Assembly (NCBI GenBank): GCA_041686025.1
Contig: JAWLEP010000019.1
Span: 1-56,694, forward strand
Reading direction: 5' to 3'
Source: Candidatus Fermentibacteraceae bacterium
Lineage (GTDB): Bacteria > Fermentibacterota > Fermentibacteria > Fermentibacterales > JCC-6
Length of the DNA: 56,694 nt
Shown in pieces: positions 26,195 to 38,196 of this stretch (position 1 is its first letter; every line of letters starts with the position of its first letter). A model generated the notes under the pieces. That model was given only the letters and a program-made list of their open reading frames with translations, was not told the origin of the DNA and did no database searches. The position numbers and the translations under genes are program-made.

Positions 26195-27148
26195 GTGCCG
26201 GACGCTGAGAGGCGCTTCATCAAGACCGTCCGGGACACCGGCATCCTTCCCCCGGGAAGCCGGGTGGCCGCCGCGGTATCCGGCGGCTCGGACTCCATGG
26301 CCATGCTCAGGATGCTCTGCGCCTTCCGGGCCCACATGGACTGGGACCTCTACGTCCTCCACATCCATCACGGTGTACGGGAGCAGTCGGAGGGCGAGGC
26401 GGAGCTGGTGAGGGCCACGGCCAGGCTGCTGGACCTTCCCTTCGTGCTGCGAAGGCTCGACCCTCCCGGCCGCGGCTCTCTGGAGGCGGGCCTCAGCCGA
26501 CTGCGGCAGGAGGTCTACGAGGGGGAGGGCCGGGAAGGCAGCCTGGTGGCGGTGGGCCATACGGCCACGGACAGGGCGGAGACCCTTCTGATGCGGATGC
26601 TGGAGGGGGCAGGGCTCAGGGGACTGGGAGGCATGTCGTACCGGGGAGTGGGCCCGGTGCGCAGGCCCATGCTGCGGATGGAGCGCGGCGAGCTGCAGGA
26701 GTACCTGAGGGCACGGGGCCTCGGCTGGGTCCGGGACCAGAGCAACCGAGACACGGCCATACTCAGGAATGCGCTGCGCCACAGGGTCTTTCCGGTGCTG
26801 GAGGAGATCTCACCCGGAGCCGCCGGCAGGATGGCGGCCTCCGCCGAGATCCTCTCCGGCTGGCGCGACTTCGCCCGCCGGGCCACCTCGGAGGCGATGG
26901 AGGGACTGCGTACCGGCGGAGGACTGGACCGCAGAGGCTACCAGGGGCTTCCGCGGCAGCTGCGGCTCTCCGTTCTGTGGGCGCTATGCGGCCGGCCCCG
27001 CAAGGGCCGCGAAGAGCTGGAGAAGACCGACCGCTGGCTCATGGACGGAGGCACCGGCAGCCACGCCATGCCCGGGGGAGCGGTACTGGAGGCGGGAGAG
27101 GAAACGCTTATCACCACGGAGGAGAGGGATGGATCTGAACGGAGCTGA
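26195..27148 (+). CDS. tilS: tRNA(Ile)-lysidine synthetase (short form)
   Basis: SGGSDS PP-loop, HIHHG, GHTATDRAET, RRP, DQSN...RN; SD GGAGGAGG. Confidence 0.93.
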   Translation: MPDAERRFIKTVRDTGILPPGSRVAAAVSGGSDSMAMLRMLCAFRAHMDWDLYVLHIHHGVREQSEGEAELVRATARLLDLPFVLRRLDPPGRGSLEAGLSRLRQEVYEGEGREGSLVAVGHTATDRAETLLMRMLEGAGLRGLGGMSYRGVGPVRRPMLRMERGELQEYLRARGLGWVRDQSNRDTAILRNALRHRVFPVLEEISPGAAGRMAASAEILSGWRDFARRATSEAMEGLRTGGGLDRRGYQGLPRQLRLSVLWALCGRPRKGREELEKTDRWLMDGGTGSHAMPGGAVLEAGEETLITTEERDGSERS

Positions 27149-27683
27149 GCTGGAGGTCCTCATCCCCGCCGAGGAGATAGACCGCCGGGTGAGGGACCTC
27201 GGACGCGAGCTCAGCCGCATCTACCACGGCGAGAGGCCGGTGGTGATACCGCTGCTGCGGGGAGGATTCATGTTCGCCGCGGACCTGGTGCGGAGCATGG
27301 ACGTGGACATGCAGGTGGAGTTCCTGGGGGCCGCCAGCTACGGTGACCAGACCAGATCCTCCGGAGAGGTCCGGCTCACCCTGGACACCAGCCTTCCCCT
27401 GGCCGGCCGCCACATCCTCCTGGTGGAGGATATCGTAGACACAGGGCTGACCCTTGCGTATATTCAAAAATTGCTGATTTCCAGGGAACCCGCCTCTCTG
27501 AGGACCGTTGTCCTCCTCGACAAGGAGGTTCCCAGGAAGGTGGAAGTCGAGGTGGACCGGCGCCTCTTCCACATTCCCGACAGGTTCGTTTTCGGCTACG
27601 GTCTCGACAGTCCCGGAGGCTACGACAGAAACCTTCGGGACATTGTTGCCGTAAGAGAGACAGACGGCCCCAGTGGCCGGTGA
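27129..27683 (+). CDS. hpt: Hypoxanthine phosphoribosyltransferase
   Basis: LRGGFMF.ADL, ASYG, LLVEDIVDTGLT, FVFGYGLD; tilS-hpt-ftsH synteny. Confidence 0.95.
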   Translation: MDLNGAELEVLIPAEEIDRRVRDLGRELSRIYHGERPVVIPLLRGGFMFAADLVRSMDVDMQVEFLGAASYGDQTRSSGEVRLTLDTSLPLAGRHILLVEDIVDTGLTLAYIQKLLISREPASLRTVVLLDKEVPRKVEVEVDRRLFHIPDRFVFGYGLDSPGGYDRNLRDIVAVRETDGPSGR

Positions 27684-27704
27684 AAGGCTGTGAGCGCTTA
27701 CTAG

Positions 27705-29732
<2,028 letters not shown>

Positions 29733-30247
29733 GGACCCCGAGAGGGAGGGCCTGAAGGCTACTCCCCAGAGGGTGGCCGACTCCTACGCCGAGCTGTGCC
29801 GGGGGCTGCTCCCCGGGAGCTGCCGTCCCATAAGCACCATGGAGAGCAGCAACCAGAACGAGCTGATAATCGTGAAGGACATCAGCTTCGCCTCCCTCTG
29901 CGAGCACCACCTGCTCCCCTTCCTGGGGCGCTGCGACGTGGTCTACCTGCCCGCAAACGACCGCATAGCGGGACTCAGCTCCATAGTGGAGACCGTGGAG
30001 ACAATGGCCGCCAGGCCCACCATACAGGAGCGACTCACCACCGACATCGCCGAGCGGCTCATGAACGAGCTGAAGGCCAAGGGCGTGATGGTGGTAATGG
30101 AGGCCGAGCACATGTGCCTTGCCATGAGGGGGGTCAAGAAACGGGACTCCCGCATAGTGACCTCGGCCATGCGGGGATACCTCAAGAAGCTGGAGACCCG
30201 CACCGAGGCCCTCTCCCTCATCGGCAGGAGCATAAGCTCGCGCTAGC

Positions 30248-31441
30248 ATGAGACCGAGAAAGCTCTCGCTCCGCAGCGACAAAGACTGGAAGAGGGAGCT
30301 TTCTCTGGTGGGAGCGGACCCCGCCTCCTGGGACCGTCTCCGTGGAAAGAGCTCCGTACTGGCCGTCAAGCTGTTCGGCCTGTCCTCTCCCATGGCCAAC
30401 ATCCTCAAGCAGTCCATGCTCTCCGCCGGAGCCGACGCCCTGGTAACCAGGGAGGCGGTTACCGGAAGGGCCGAGAGGAGCGACGCCCTGGTTACCGGCA
30501 CGGAGAAGAGCATCCGCACGGCGGTGGCCTCCCTCCGCGGCCAGCCCTTCGGCCTTTCGGGTCTGGGCGAGGAGATCGAGGGCGTCCTGGACGCTTCCGC
30601 GCCGGCGGGTGACATGGAGCTTCCCGGAGGCGTCCTGCGGTTCGGTCCCCGTCCCCTGGCCATGGGAATAGTGAACGTCACCCCCGACTCCTTCTCCGAT
30701 GGCGGCCTGCACCTGGACCCCGGCGCCGCCGTGGCCAGGGCCATGGAGGTTGCGGCCGAGGGCGCTTCGGTGGTGGACGTGGGAGCGGAGTCCACCAGGC
30801 CGGGCTCGGAGTCTGTGCCGGCGGAGGAGCAGCTACGCAGGCTTCGTCCGGTCCTGGAGGGCCTGGCCGGCCTTCCCCGGGGGGTCCTGGTCTCCGTGGA
30901 CACCTCCCTTGCCGAGGTGGCCCGGGAGGCCCTGGGAATGGGGGCCTCCATCCTCAACGACGTCACCGCTCTTTCCAATCCGGCCATAGCTGAGACAGCC
31001 GCGGAGGCCGGTGCCGCCCTGGTGCTGATGCACATGCAGGGCAGCCCGGCGGACATGCAGGAGGACCCCAGCTACAGCGACGTCCTTACCCAGGTCTACG
31101 ATTACCTCGCGGAGAGGGTGGAGCTGGCCGAGGACCACGGCGTCCCCCGCAGCAGGATCATCGTGGACCCCGGCATAGGCTTCGGAAAGCGGCTCCGGCA
31201 CAACCTCGCGCTGATCAGAAGGCTGGGCGAGCTCCGGGGGCTGGGCTGCCGCCTCCTGCTGGGGCACTCCCGGAAGAGCTTCCTGGGCAGTATCTCAGGG
31301 GTTGAGGACCCGGCCGGCCGGGACCTGCACACCCACGCGGTGTCTGCGCTGGCGGCCGCCGACGCGGACATGCTCCGGGTGCACGACGTGGCCGGAACGG
31401 TGGAGGTCCTCAGGGTGGCAGAAGCGCTGGGAGGGGGATGA
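30248..31441 (+). CDS. folP: Dihydropteroate synthase with N-terminal extension
   Basis: MGIVNVTPDSFSDGG, ESTRPG, SVDT, NDV, DPGIGFGK, SRKSF, RVHDV. Confidence 0.95.
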   Translation: MRPRKLSLRSDKDWKRELSLVGADPASWDRLRGKSSVLAVKLFGLSSPMANILKQSMLSAGADALVTREAVTGRAERSDALVTGTEKSIRTAVASLRGQPFGLSGLGEEIEGVLDASAPAGDMELPGGVLRFGPRPLAMGIVNVTPDSFSDGGLHLDPGAAVARAMEVAAEGASVVDVGAESTRPGSESVPAEEQLRRLRPVLEGLAGLPRGVLVSVDTSLAEVAREALGMGASILNDVTALSNPAIAETAAEAGAALVLMHMQGSPADMQEDPSYSDVLTQVYDYLAERVELAEDHGVPRSRIIVDPGIGFGKRLRHNLALIRRLGELRGLGCRLLLGHSRKSFLGSISGVEDPAGRDLHTHAVSALAAADADMLRVHDVAGTVEVLRVAEALGGG

Positions 31442-31442
31442 C

Positions 31443-32225
31443 GTGCCGGCACCGCTGGGTCACAGCCTGCTGAGCTGGTTCTGGATAGCCCAGCTCCTGG
31501 ACCTGGCCCTGATCACCCTCATCATATGGCTGGTGGTCCGCCAGCTCTGGCGCACCCCGGCCATGACCGTGATAGCCGTCCTGGCAGTCATCCTTCTGCT
31601 GGGCATCATGCTGCGCCGGCTGCAGCTGCACACGGTGGGATTCCTGGCCGAGGAGCTCACCGGTGTCCTCTTCATAGCCACCGTGATCATCTTCCACGCC
31701 GAGATCAAGGCCCTGCTGGGCTCGCTGGGCAGGTACGCCGGACGGGTCCTGGGGGGAGGAGTCTGGACCGGCCAGAGCACTGTGGAGTCGGTGGTTGTCT
31801 CCTGCGTGCAGATGAAGGAGAAGGGCATAGGGGGGCTCATGGTCCTGGAGCGGTCGGAGAACCTGGACACCCTCTACGGTGACGGCGTGGAGATGGACCG
31901 CCTGGAGGTGAGCCCCGACCTGATCACCGCCATCTTCACCCCTCCCGGCCCCCTGCACGACGGAGCCCTGGTGATCCGTGACGACCGCATCGTGCGGGCC
32001 TCCGCCGTCCTTCCCCTTTCGCGGCGCACCTACTTCCGCCCGCGGCTGGGGACCCGGCACCGCGCCGCCCTGGGCATCACCGAGCGGTCCGACGCCATAG
32101 CGGTGGCCGTAAGCGAGGAGACCGGCTCTTTCCGAGTGGCCCACGACGGCCAGATGGAGGGCCCTCTCAGCGTGGACCGGATGCGGGAGCTTCTTCTCGA
32201 GCTCACCGGCCACAAGAAGGAGTAG
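31443..32225 (+). CDS. cdaA: Diadenylate cyclase CdaA/DacA type
   Basis: Three TM helices, PLHDGA, GTRHRAALG, VSEETG. Confidence 0.92.
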   Translation: MPAPLGHSLLSWFWIAQLLDLALITLIIWLVVRQLWRTPAMTVIAVLAVILLLGIMLRRLQLHTVGFLAEELTGVLFIATVIIFHAEIKALLGSLGRYAGRVLGGGVWTGQSTVESVVVSCVQMKEKGIGGLMVLERSENLDTLYGDGVEMDRLEVSPDLITAIFTPPGPLHDGALVIRDDRIVRASAVLPLSRRTYFRPRLGTRHRAALGITERSDAIAVAVSEETGSFRVAHDGQMEGPLSVDRMRELLLELTGHKKE

Positions 32226-32230
32226 GTCCC

Positions 32231-33025
32231 ATGCAGAATAGCCTGGAAGCCCTGTCCGCGGACATCTCCCGCAGACTGGACCGGCTGGAGGGCAAGTGCC
32301 CGGACCGGCTGCTGGCGGCCATGGGGAGCGCCTGCCTGGGCCGGGGAATGGCCCAGAGGGCGCTGCTGGCCCCCGCTGCGGCCGTGCGGTGCGGGGGGGA
32401 ACCCCGGGACGCGATCCCGGTGGCCTCGGCCGTGGCCCTGCTGTCCGGAGCCGTCTGCTGCCACCTGGGCCTGGAGGGCATGCCCCTGGCCCGGGCCGCC
32501 GCCGGAGAGGTCTGCCGCCACCACGGCCCGGTGCTGTCCATACTGGCCGGGGACGCGCTGGTCCCCATGGCCATGTCCATCCTGGCTTCGGAGTGCGGAC
32601 GGCACTCGGTGATGCTGGTGGACGCCGCCGCAGTGGCCATGGGCACCACCGGGGTGCTGGGGTCGCTGTCCTTCCTGGTCCGCCGCATGGAGGGCGACCC
32701 CGTCCCCGTGGAGGACGAGGGGGACCAGGGACTGATGGGCCTCAGCCCCCTGGCCAGGCTGGCCGCCCGGGGAGGTGCCCTGGTGGTGGGCGCCCCGGAG
32801 GAGCTGGCCGACGACTGCGCGCTGGCCGGGCTCTGCACGGGTCGTGCCCTGGACCTGCTGGAGTCCGACGGTCCGGGCCGGGAGCAGCTCTTCGAGGCCC
32901 GCACCGAGCTGGACCGCGCCCGGGAGCTGGTGGGCGCAGGAGACAGCGCGCGCCTGTTCGGCCAGGTGATAGACGCCGTGGGCCGCCACTTCCCCTCCCG
33001 CAGCGACGAGCTCTTCTTCCAGTAG
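32231..33025 (+). CDS. Degenerate trans-polyprenyl synthase-like protein
   Basis: Helical pattern A.A..L, ILAGDAL...A..IL, LA...GA recalls the IspA/IspB fold, but there is no DDxxD motif. Confidence 0.5.
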   Translation: MQNSLEALSADISRRLDRLEGKCPDRLLAAMGSACLGRGMAQRALLAPAAAVRCGGEPRDAIPVASAVALLSGAVCCHLGLEGMPLARAAAGEVCRHHGPVLSILAGDALVPMAMSILASECGRHSVMLVDAAAVAMGTTGVLGSLSFLVRRMEGDPVPVEDEGDQGLMGLSPLARLAARGGALVVGAPEELADDCALAGLCTGRALDLLESDGPGREQLFEARTELDRARELVGAGDSARLFGQVIDAVGRHFPSRSDELFFQ

Positions 33026-33040
33026 CCCCACCCGAGCCCC

Positions 33041-33216
33041 CGGGGACGGAGATTAAATCCATCAAGTTCAGCTGCCTGCTCCCAAAGGGACGGAGTTGTA
33101 AATTCATCAAATTCAGTGCGTTGGCTAGATCAAGTGGTTCTCCGCCCTGGATTTGATGAATTTAAACTCCGTCCCATTCAAGGACGCCAACTTGATGGAT
33201 TTAATCTCCGTCCCCG
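33041..33216. repeat. Nested inverted-repeat element, copy 2
   Basis: 33041-33068 / 33189-33216 is a perfect 28-bp IR; 33087-33116 / 33147-33175 is near-perfect; 30-nt centre; homologous to 5944-6123. Confidence 0.95.
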
Positions 33217-33228
33217 ACTCCCGCGGGG

Positions 33229-35460
33229 TCAGAGCATGTCCAGGGGGTCCATGTCCACGTCCAGGCGGACGCCGGAGGCGCCGGCCTGCTGGAAGCGCCG
33301 TCTGACAGAGCCCGCCATCCGGCGCAGGGGCCGGGGGGTGTCCGCCATGGCCAGGGCGCTGAGCCGGTGGCGGTCGCGCACCTTCGACAGCACAGCGGGA
33401 GTGGGGCCCAGAGTGCGCACATCCGGTGGCGGCTCGGCCCATGAGACCCGCGTCGCGCGCTCCACGGACTCCAGGCTGCGGCCGCTCCAGACGAAGCGGA
33501 CCAGCCGGCCGAAGGGCGGGTAGCCCAGCTGACGGCGGGCGGTGGACTCCATCTCCCAGAAGGCGGGGAAGTCGTGGGCGGCCGCTGCCTCGATCACGGG
33601 GTCCTCCGGGTCCAGCGCCTGCACGATTACCTCGCCCGGGCTCCTGCCCCTTCCCGCCCTGCCCGCAGCCTGCAGTATCAGGCCGAACACCCGCTCGGAG
33701 GCCCGGAAGTCCGGGAAGGCCAGGCCCTGGTCGGCGGCCACTATCCCCACCAGGGTGACGCCGGGGAAGTCGTGCCCCTTGGCCACCATCTGGGTGCCCA
33801 GGAGAACGTCTCCCTCGCCCCGCCCGAAGCGGGAGAGTATGTCCCAGTGCGCGCCGCGGCCGGTGGTGGTGTCGGCGTCCATCCGTATCACCCTCAGGCC
33901 GGGGAGGAGCTCCTCCAGCTCGCTCTCCACCTTCTGGACGCCGGGCCCCATGTGCGAGAAGGCGGTGGAGCCGCACTCCGGGCACCGGGACAGCGCCGGG
34001 ATCCAGTAGCCGCAGTGGTGGCAGCGAAGCGCCTCCCCCCTGCGGTGGTAGGTGAGGGTGATGGCGCAGTGGGGGCACTCGGGCCGGCGGCCGCAGCTGC
34101 GACAGATCTGGGTGGGGGAGAAGCCCCGGCGGTTGACCAGGACTATGGCCTGCTCGCCCCGGGATGCGCGGATTCCGATGCCGGCCAGAAGACGGTCGGA
34201 GAGGAGCCGGTCGGACTTCCCGGCCACGGAGACCACCTCCGCCTCGGGCATGTTCCTGCCGTCGACCCTGCCGGGGAGCTCCAGCAGCCGGTACTTTCCC
34301 GAAACCGCGTTGCCGTAGCTCTCCATGGAAGGGCTGGCCGAACCCAGCACCACCGGGCATCCCTCGGCCCGACCCCGCACCACCGCCAGGTCCCGGGCGC
34401 TGTAGTGGGGCTGCTCGGACTGCTTGTAGCTCCAGTCGTGCTCCTCGTCGGCCACGATGAGGCCCGGATTCCGCAGGGGGGCGAAGACGGCGCTGCGGGC
34501 GCCTATGGCTATCCTCCTTCGGCCGCGGCGGATCAGCTCCCAGCTGTCCCATCGCTCGCCGGAGCCCATGCCGCTGTGCAGCACGGCCACCTCCCCGGGG
34601 AAGCGGGCCTCGAAGCGGGAGACCGCCAGCGGGGTGAGGGAAATCTCCGGCACCAGGACCAGGGCGGACTCGTCCCGGCTCCGCACCTCCTCTATCAGCC
34701 GCAGGTAGACCTCGGTCTTGCCGCTGCCGGTGACCCCGTGCAGCAGGAAGGTGGCGGAGTCTCCCAGGGAGGCCCGGAGCGTCTCCAGAACCGCCTGCTG
34801 GTCATCGGTAAGGCTGTCCGGCCGGCCGTCCACCGGGGCGTCCATGGACAGCGAGGGCTCCCGGAAGCTGCGCCGCTGCTCCTCCACAACCAGCCCCCGC
34901 TCCACCAGGGAGGCCAGGGACTTCCTGGAGGCCCCGGCCCTGCTCAGGACCTCCCGGGTGGGCACCGGGGGGTCGGCCACCGACAGGGCGAACAGGATCT
35001 CGGCCTGCCTGGGCGCCCGGGCCCGGATGCGGTGGGCCAGTACGGTGAGGTTCTGCACTCCCTCGGCGGGACGCAGGTACCCCACCATCCTGCGGGAGAC
35101 GCCCTGGGCCGGCCGCCATCGGCCCGACTTCCTGCGGGCGGGGCCGCAGCTGCCGGGGGGCATGGCGGCAGCCATCATCATCCCCGGCGGCGCCAGGTAG
35201 TAGTCGGCCGACCACCGCACCAGCGAGAGGACGCTCTCCGGAAGGAGCGGGTCGGGGTCCAGAACGTCCAGGACGTCCTTCAGCCCCTGCGGCGCCGCTC
35301 CTCCGTGGTCGCCCCAGAGGAAGGCCACCAGCGTCTGGCGGCCGAAGGGCACCACCACCCTGGAGCCGAACCCTGCGCTCATTCCGGCCGGGAGCCGGTA
35401 GATGTAGGTCTGCCAGACGGGGCGGGGAAGGGCCACCCGAACCAGCCGGCCGCCGGTCAC
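33229..35460 (-). CDS. priA: Primosomal protein N' helicase
   Basis: GVTGSGKTEVY, VPEISLT, DEEHD.SYKQ, SASPS, four CxxC, GTQMVAKGHDFP, AGRAGR. GTG start overlaps the upstream stop. Confidence 0.95.
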   Translation of the reverse strand: MTGGRLVRVALPRPVWQTYIYRLPAGMSAGFGSRVVVPFGRQTLVAFLWGDHGGAAPQGLKDVLDVLDPDPLLPESVLSLVRWSADYYLAPPGMMMAAAMPPGSCGPARRKSGRWRPAQGVSRRMVGYLRPAEGVQNLTVLAHRIRARAPRQAEILFALSVADPPVPTREVLSRAGASRKSLASLVERGLVVEEQRRSFREPSLSMDAPVDGRPDSLTDDQQAVLETLRASLGDSATFLLHGVTGSGKTEVYLRLIEEVRSRDESALVLVPEISLTPLAVSRFEARFPGEVAVLHSGMGSGERWDSWELIRRGRRRIAIGARSAVFAPLRNPGLIVADEEHDWSYKQSEQPHYSARDLAVVRGRAEGCPVVLGSASPSMESYGNAVSGKYRLLELPGRVDGRNMPEAEVVSVAGKSDRLLSDRLLAGIGIRASRGEQAIVLVNRRGFSPTQICRSCGRRPECPHCAITLTYHRRGEALRCHHCGYWIPALSRCPECGSTAFSHMGPGVQKVESELEELLPGLRVIRMDADTTTGRGAHWDILSRFGRGEGDVLLGTQMVAKGHDFPGVTLVGIVAADQGLAFPDFRASERVFGLILQAAGRAGRGRSPGEVIVQALDPEDPVIEAAAAHDFPAFWEMESTARRQLGYPPFGRLVRFVWSGRSLESVERATRVSWAEPPPDVRTLGPTPAVLSKVRDRHRLSALAMADTPRPLRRMAGSVRRRFQQAGASGVRLDVDMDPLDML

Positions 35461-36743
35461 TCCCACCCGCCTCCGATCCCGGCCCGGCGGGCCAGCTGCC
35501 GCCGCAGGGGGGCCAGGTCCCCGGGGAGAGGGGGCAGGGTGGGGTACTCGCCGTCGCGGTAGAGCACCCGGCCGTCCACCATGGTCATCCGCACCCGGGA
35601 GGGCCAGTGCAGCTCCAGCAGCGCCCGGACAGGATCCTCTCCGGTGACCATCTGCTGCCACTCCGCCTCGGTGGGCTCCAGCAGTACGATGTCGGCCCGC
35701 CAGCCCTCCTGCAGTCGGCCCACGTCGGGCCAGCCCAGGGCCTGCGCCGCCGACTCGGTGGCCGCCCGCAGCCAGAAGTCTCCGGAAAGGCCCGAGGGCC
35801 TTCTGCGAATCGAGGCCAGCGACATGGCCAGCCTGAGGTCGGCGGCCAGGTCCAGGCCGTTGTTGCAGGGTGCGCCGTCGCTGCCCAGGGCCACCCGGAC
35901 CCCGGCTGAATCCAGCGCCGGCACGTCGGCTATTCCGCTGCCCAGCCGGAGGTTGGTCCAGGGACAGTGGACTACGGACGTTCCGGTGGAGGCCAGAAGC
36001 TCCTTCTCCCCGGGACGGAGCTGGACGCAGTGGGCCAGCAGCGTCCCCGAACCCAGGAAGCCGCGCTGCTGCAGGAACCACACGTTGCCTCCGGCTCCGG
36101 CAATGGCCGGGTGCTCCGTCTCCTCCGGCGACTCCGAGCTGTGGGTGGTCCGCACCTGTCCCTCAGACTCCCCGGCCACCCACTCCCAGAGTGCGTCGGA
36201 GCAGGAGAGGGCGAAGCGGGGGGTCCATGCGTAGCCCACCAGTCCCCCGCAGGCGGCCCGCACCCGGGCGGTCTCCTCCCCAAGCCATTCCAGCTCCCCT
36301 GCAAGCCCCTCGGGGCCCCGGTCCATCAGCGAGTTGCCCGCCCGTGCCCTGACCCCGGAGTCGCGGAGCAGGCCTACGGTTGCTTCGCTGTGGCGGACGC
36401 TTCCCATGTCCAGCAGGCCCGTGCACCCCGCCGCCAGCATCTCCCTCAGGGAGAGCAGCGCGGAGATACGGGTGGTCTCGGCGTCGTGGGCGGCCTCCAG
36501 GGGCCAGATGCGCTCCTCCAGCCAGGGGAGAAGCGTGCGGTCCTCCGCCATTCCCCGCAGGAGCGTCTGGCAGAGATGGACATGGGCCTGCACCAGACCT
36601 GGCACCGCCACACAGCGGGCCAGCTCGCCGTCCGCGGCGGCGGGAGAGATCGACCCGATCCTGCCGTCATCCACCTTCAGGGCGAAGCCCCCGTCATGCA
36701 GCTTTCCATCCGGGGCGGCCACCGCCCTGCACTCGATCCTCAT
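35457..36743 (-). CDS. Metal-dependent amidohydrolase (SAH/MTA/5'-deoxyadenosine deaminase-like)
   Basis: PGLVQAHVHLCQT..RG, PRFALSC, H..E, AHC, HCP..N..LGSG, LGSDG; SD AAGGAGG. Confidence 0.85.
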   Translation of the reverse strand: MRIECRAVAAPDGKLHDGGFALKVDDGRIGSISPAAADGELARCVAVPGLVQAHVHLCQTLLRGMAEDRTLLPWLEERIWPLEAAHDAETTRISALLSLREMLAAGCTGLLDMGSVRHSEATVGLLRDSGVRARAGNSLMDRGPEGLAGELEWLGEETARVRAACGGLVGYAWTPRFALSCSDALWEWVAGESEGQVRTTHSSESPEETEHPAIAGAGGNVWFLQQRGFLGSGTLLAHCVQLRPGEKELLASTGTSVVHCPWTNLRLGSGIADVPALDSAGVRVALGSDGAPCNNGLDLAADLRLAMSLASIRRRPSGLSGDFWLRAATESAAQALGWPDVGRLQEGWRADIVLLEPTEAEWQQMVTGEDPVRALLELHWPSRVRMTMVDGRVLYRDGEYPTLPPLPGDLAPLRRQLARRAGIGGGWE

Positions 36744-36820
36744 GCGCACCTCCTTGGCACAGGCCTAGATTAAGGAGGGCGCCGTTCGCCGTCCAGGGGC
36801 CCGGAACGGAGCCGCCGTTT

Positions 36821-36849
36821 TTGCATTTTACGATACAGGCAAATATATT
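36821..36849 (+). promoter_or_regulatory. Putative sigma70 promoter of the M16 pair
   Basis: TTGCAT-17 nt-TATATT in an AT-rich patch. Confidence 0.65.
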
Positions 36850-36890
36850 TGAATGATGCCGGCTCCCGGATCAAACCACGGAGGTTAGCT

Positions 36891-38195
36891 ATGTCAACGG
36901 TCCTGCTCCTGCTGGCCGCCCTGCAGCCGACGGCCGCTTCCTGGGAAGGGCTGTCCGCGGAGGTAATCGACAACGGCCTCACCGTGATTGTCTACGAGGA
37001 CCACACGGCCCCCGTGGCCACGGTATGCGTGGCGGTGAGGACGGGCGCCACCTGCGAGACCCCCCTGACCAACGGCCTGGCGCACTTCTACGAGCACATG
37101 TTCTTCAAGGGCAACGAGTCCGTGCCCGACCAGGAGGCCTACAGCCGGCGCATGCGGGAGCTGGGAATAGTCCGCAACGGGGTCACCTCCGGCGAAGCTG
37201 TCCGCTACTACTTCACCCTTCCCTCAGACAGGTTCGAGGAGGGGATGGAGTTCATGTACAGCGCCATCGCCACGCCGCTGTTCGACCCCGGCGAGATGGA
37301 GCGGGAGCGGGAGGTGATACTCAACGAGTACCAGCGAAAAACCACCCACCCCTACTGGAACCTCTGGAAGGCCCGGGAGCAGGTGCTCTACCCCTGCGCC
37401 CCATGGAGGGCCAACACCATAGGCAGCCCGGAGGTGATCTCCTCGGCCTGCCCGGAGGTGATGAGGGACTTCCAGCACCGCTACTACACTCCGGAGAACT
37501 GCGCCCTGATAGTGGCCGGCGACGTGAGCACCGGGCGGGTCATGGGCCTGGCCGAGGAGGTCTTCGGCCCGTGGGAGGCCACCGGGGCCAGCGACTACGA
37601 AAGCCTGGGGGTCTGCATCGACCTGCAGTCGGACACCACCGTGTACGTGGAGGGCCCGGAGGGCATGGCCTACGTCTCCGTGGTCTACGCAGGACCTCCG
37701 ATACAGGAGGACGAGGAGTCCACCTACGCAGCAGATGTCTGGGGCACCTTTCTGGGCCGACGCAGCGGGAGGTTCTACCGTCGGCTGGTCACCGAAGGTC
37801 CCTTCCTGGACGTGTCCGGCTCCTACTACACGCAGCGCTACGGACCCACCGTGAGCTTCGGCGGGCCGGTGGAGCCGGGCCGGGAGGAGGAGGCGACCCA
37901 GCTGCTGCGGGCGGAGATAGACAGCCTCTGCTCGCCGGAGTACTACACGGCCGAGGGCCTGGAGACCGCCCGCCGCATCATGCGGCGGGAGCGCCTGCTG
38001 AAGGCCGAGGTGGCCAGGGACATCGCCGTGGAGACCGTGGCCTTCTGGTGGGTGGTGGCCGGCGACATCGACTACTTCCGCGGCTACCTGGACGGCATAT
38101 CCGAGGTGGGGCGGGAGGATGTGTTGGATTTCCTCCACCGCTACGTGTGCACGAGCCCATCTGCCACATTCGTCCTGGGCCGAAGGGAGGCATGA
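36891..38195 (+). CDS. M16 zinc peptidase, catalytic subunit
   Basis: GLAHFYEHMFFKG (HxxEH), EREVILNE, signal peptide, SD GGAGG. Confidence 0.92.
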   Translation: MSTVLLLLAALQPTAASWEGLSAEVIDNGLTVIVYEDHTAPVATVCVAVRTGATCETPLTNGLAHFYEHMFFKGNESVPDQEAYSRRMRELGIVRNGVTSGEAVRYYFTLPSDRFEEGMEFMYSAIATPLFDPGEMEREREVILNEYQRKTTHPYWNLWKAREQVLYPCAPWRANTIGSPEVISSACPEVMRDFQHRYYTPENCALIVAGDVSTGRVMGLAEEVFGPWEATGASDYESLGVCIDLQSDTTVYVEGPEGMAYVSVVYAGPPIQEDEESTYAADVWGTFLGRRSGRFYRRLVTEGPFLDVSGSYYTQRYGPTVSFGGPVEPGREEEATQLLRAEIDSLCSPEYYTAEGLETARRIMRRERLLKAEVARDIAVETVAFWWVVAGDIDYFRGYLDGISEVGREDVLDFLHRYVCTSPSATFVLGRREA

Positions 38196-38196
38196 G

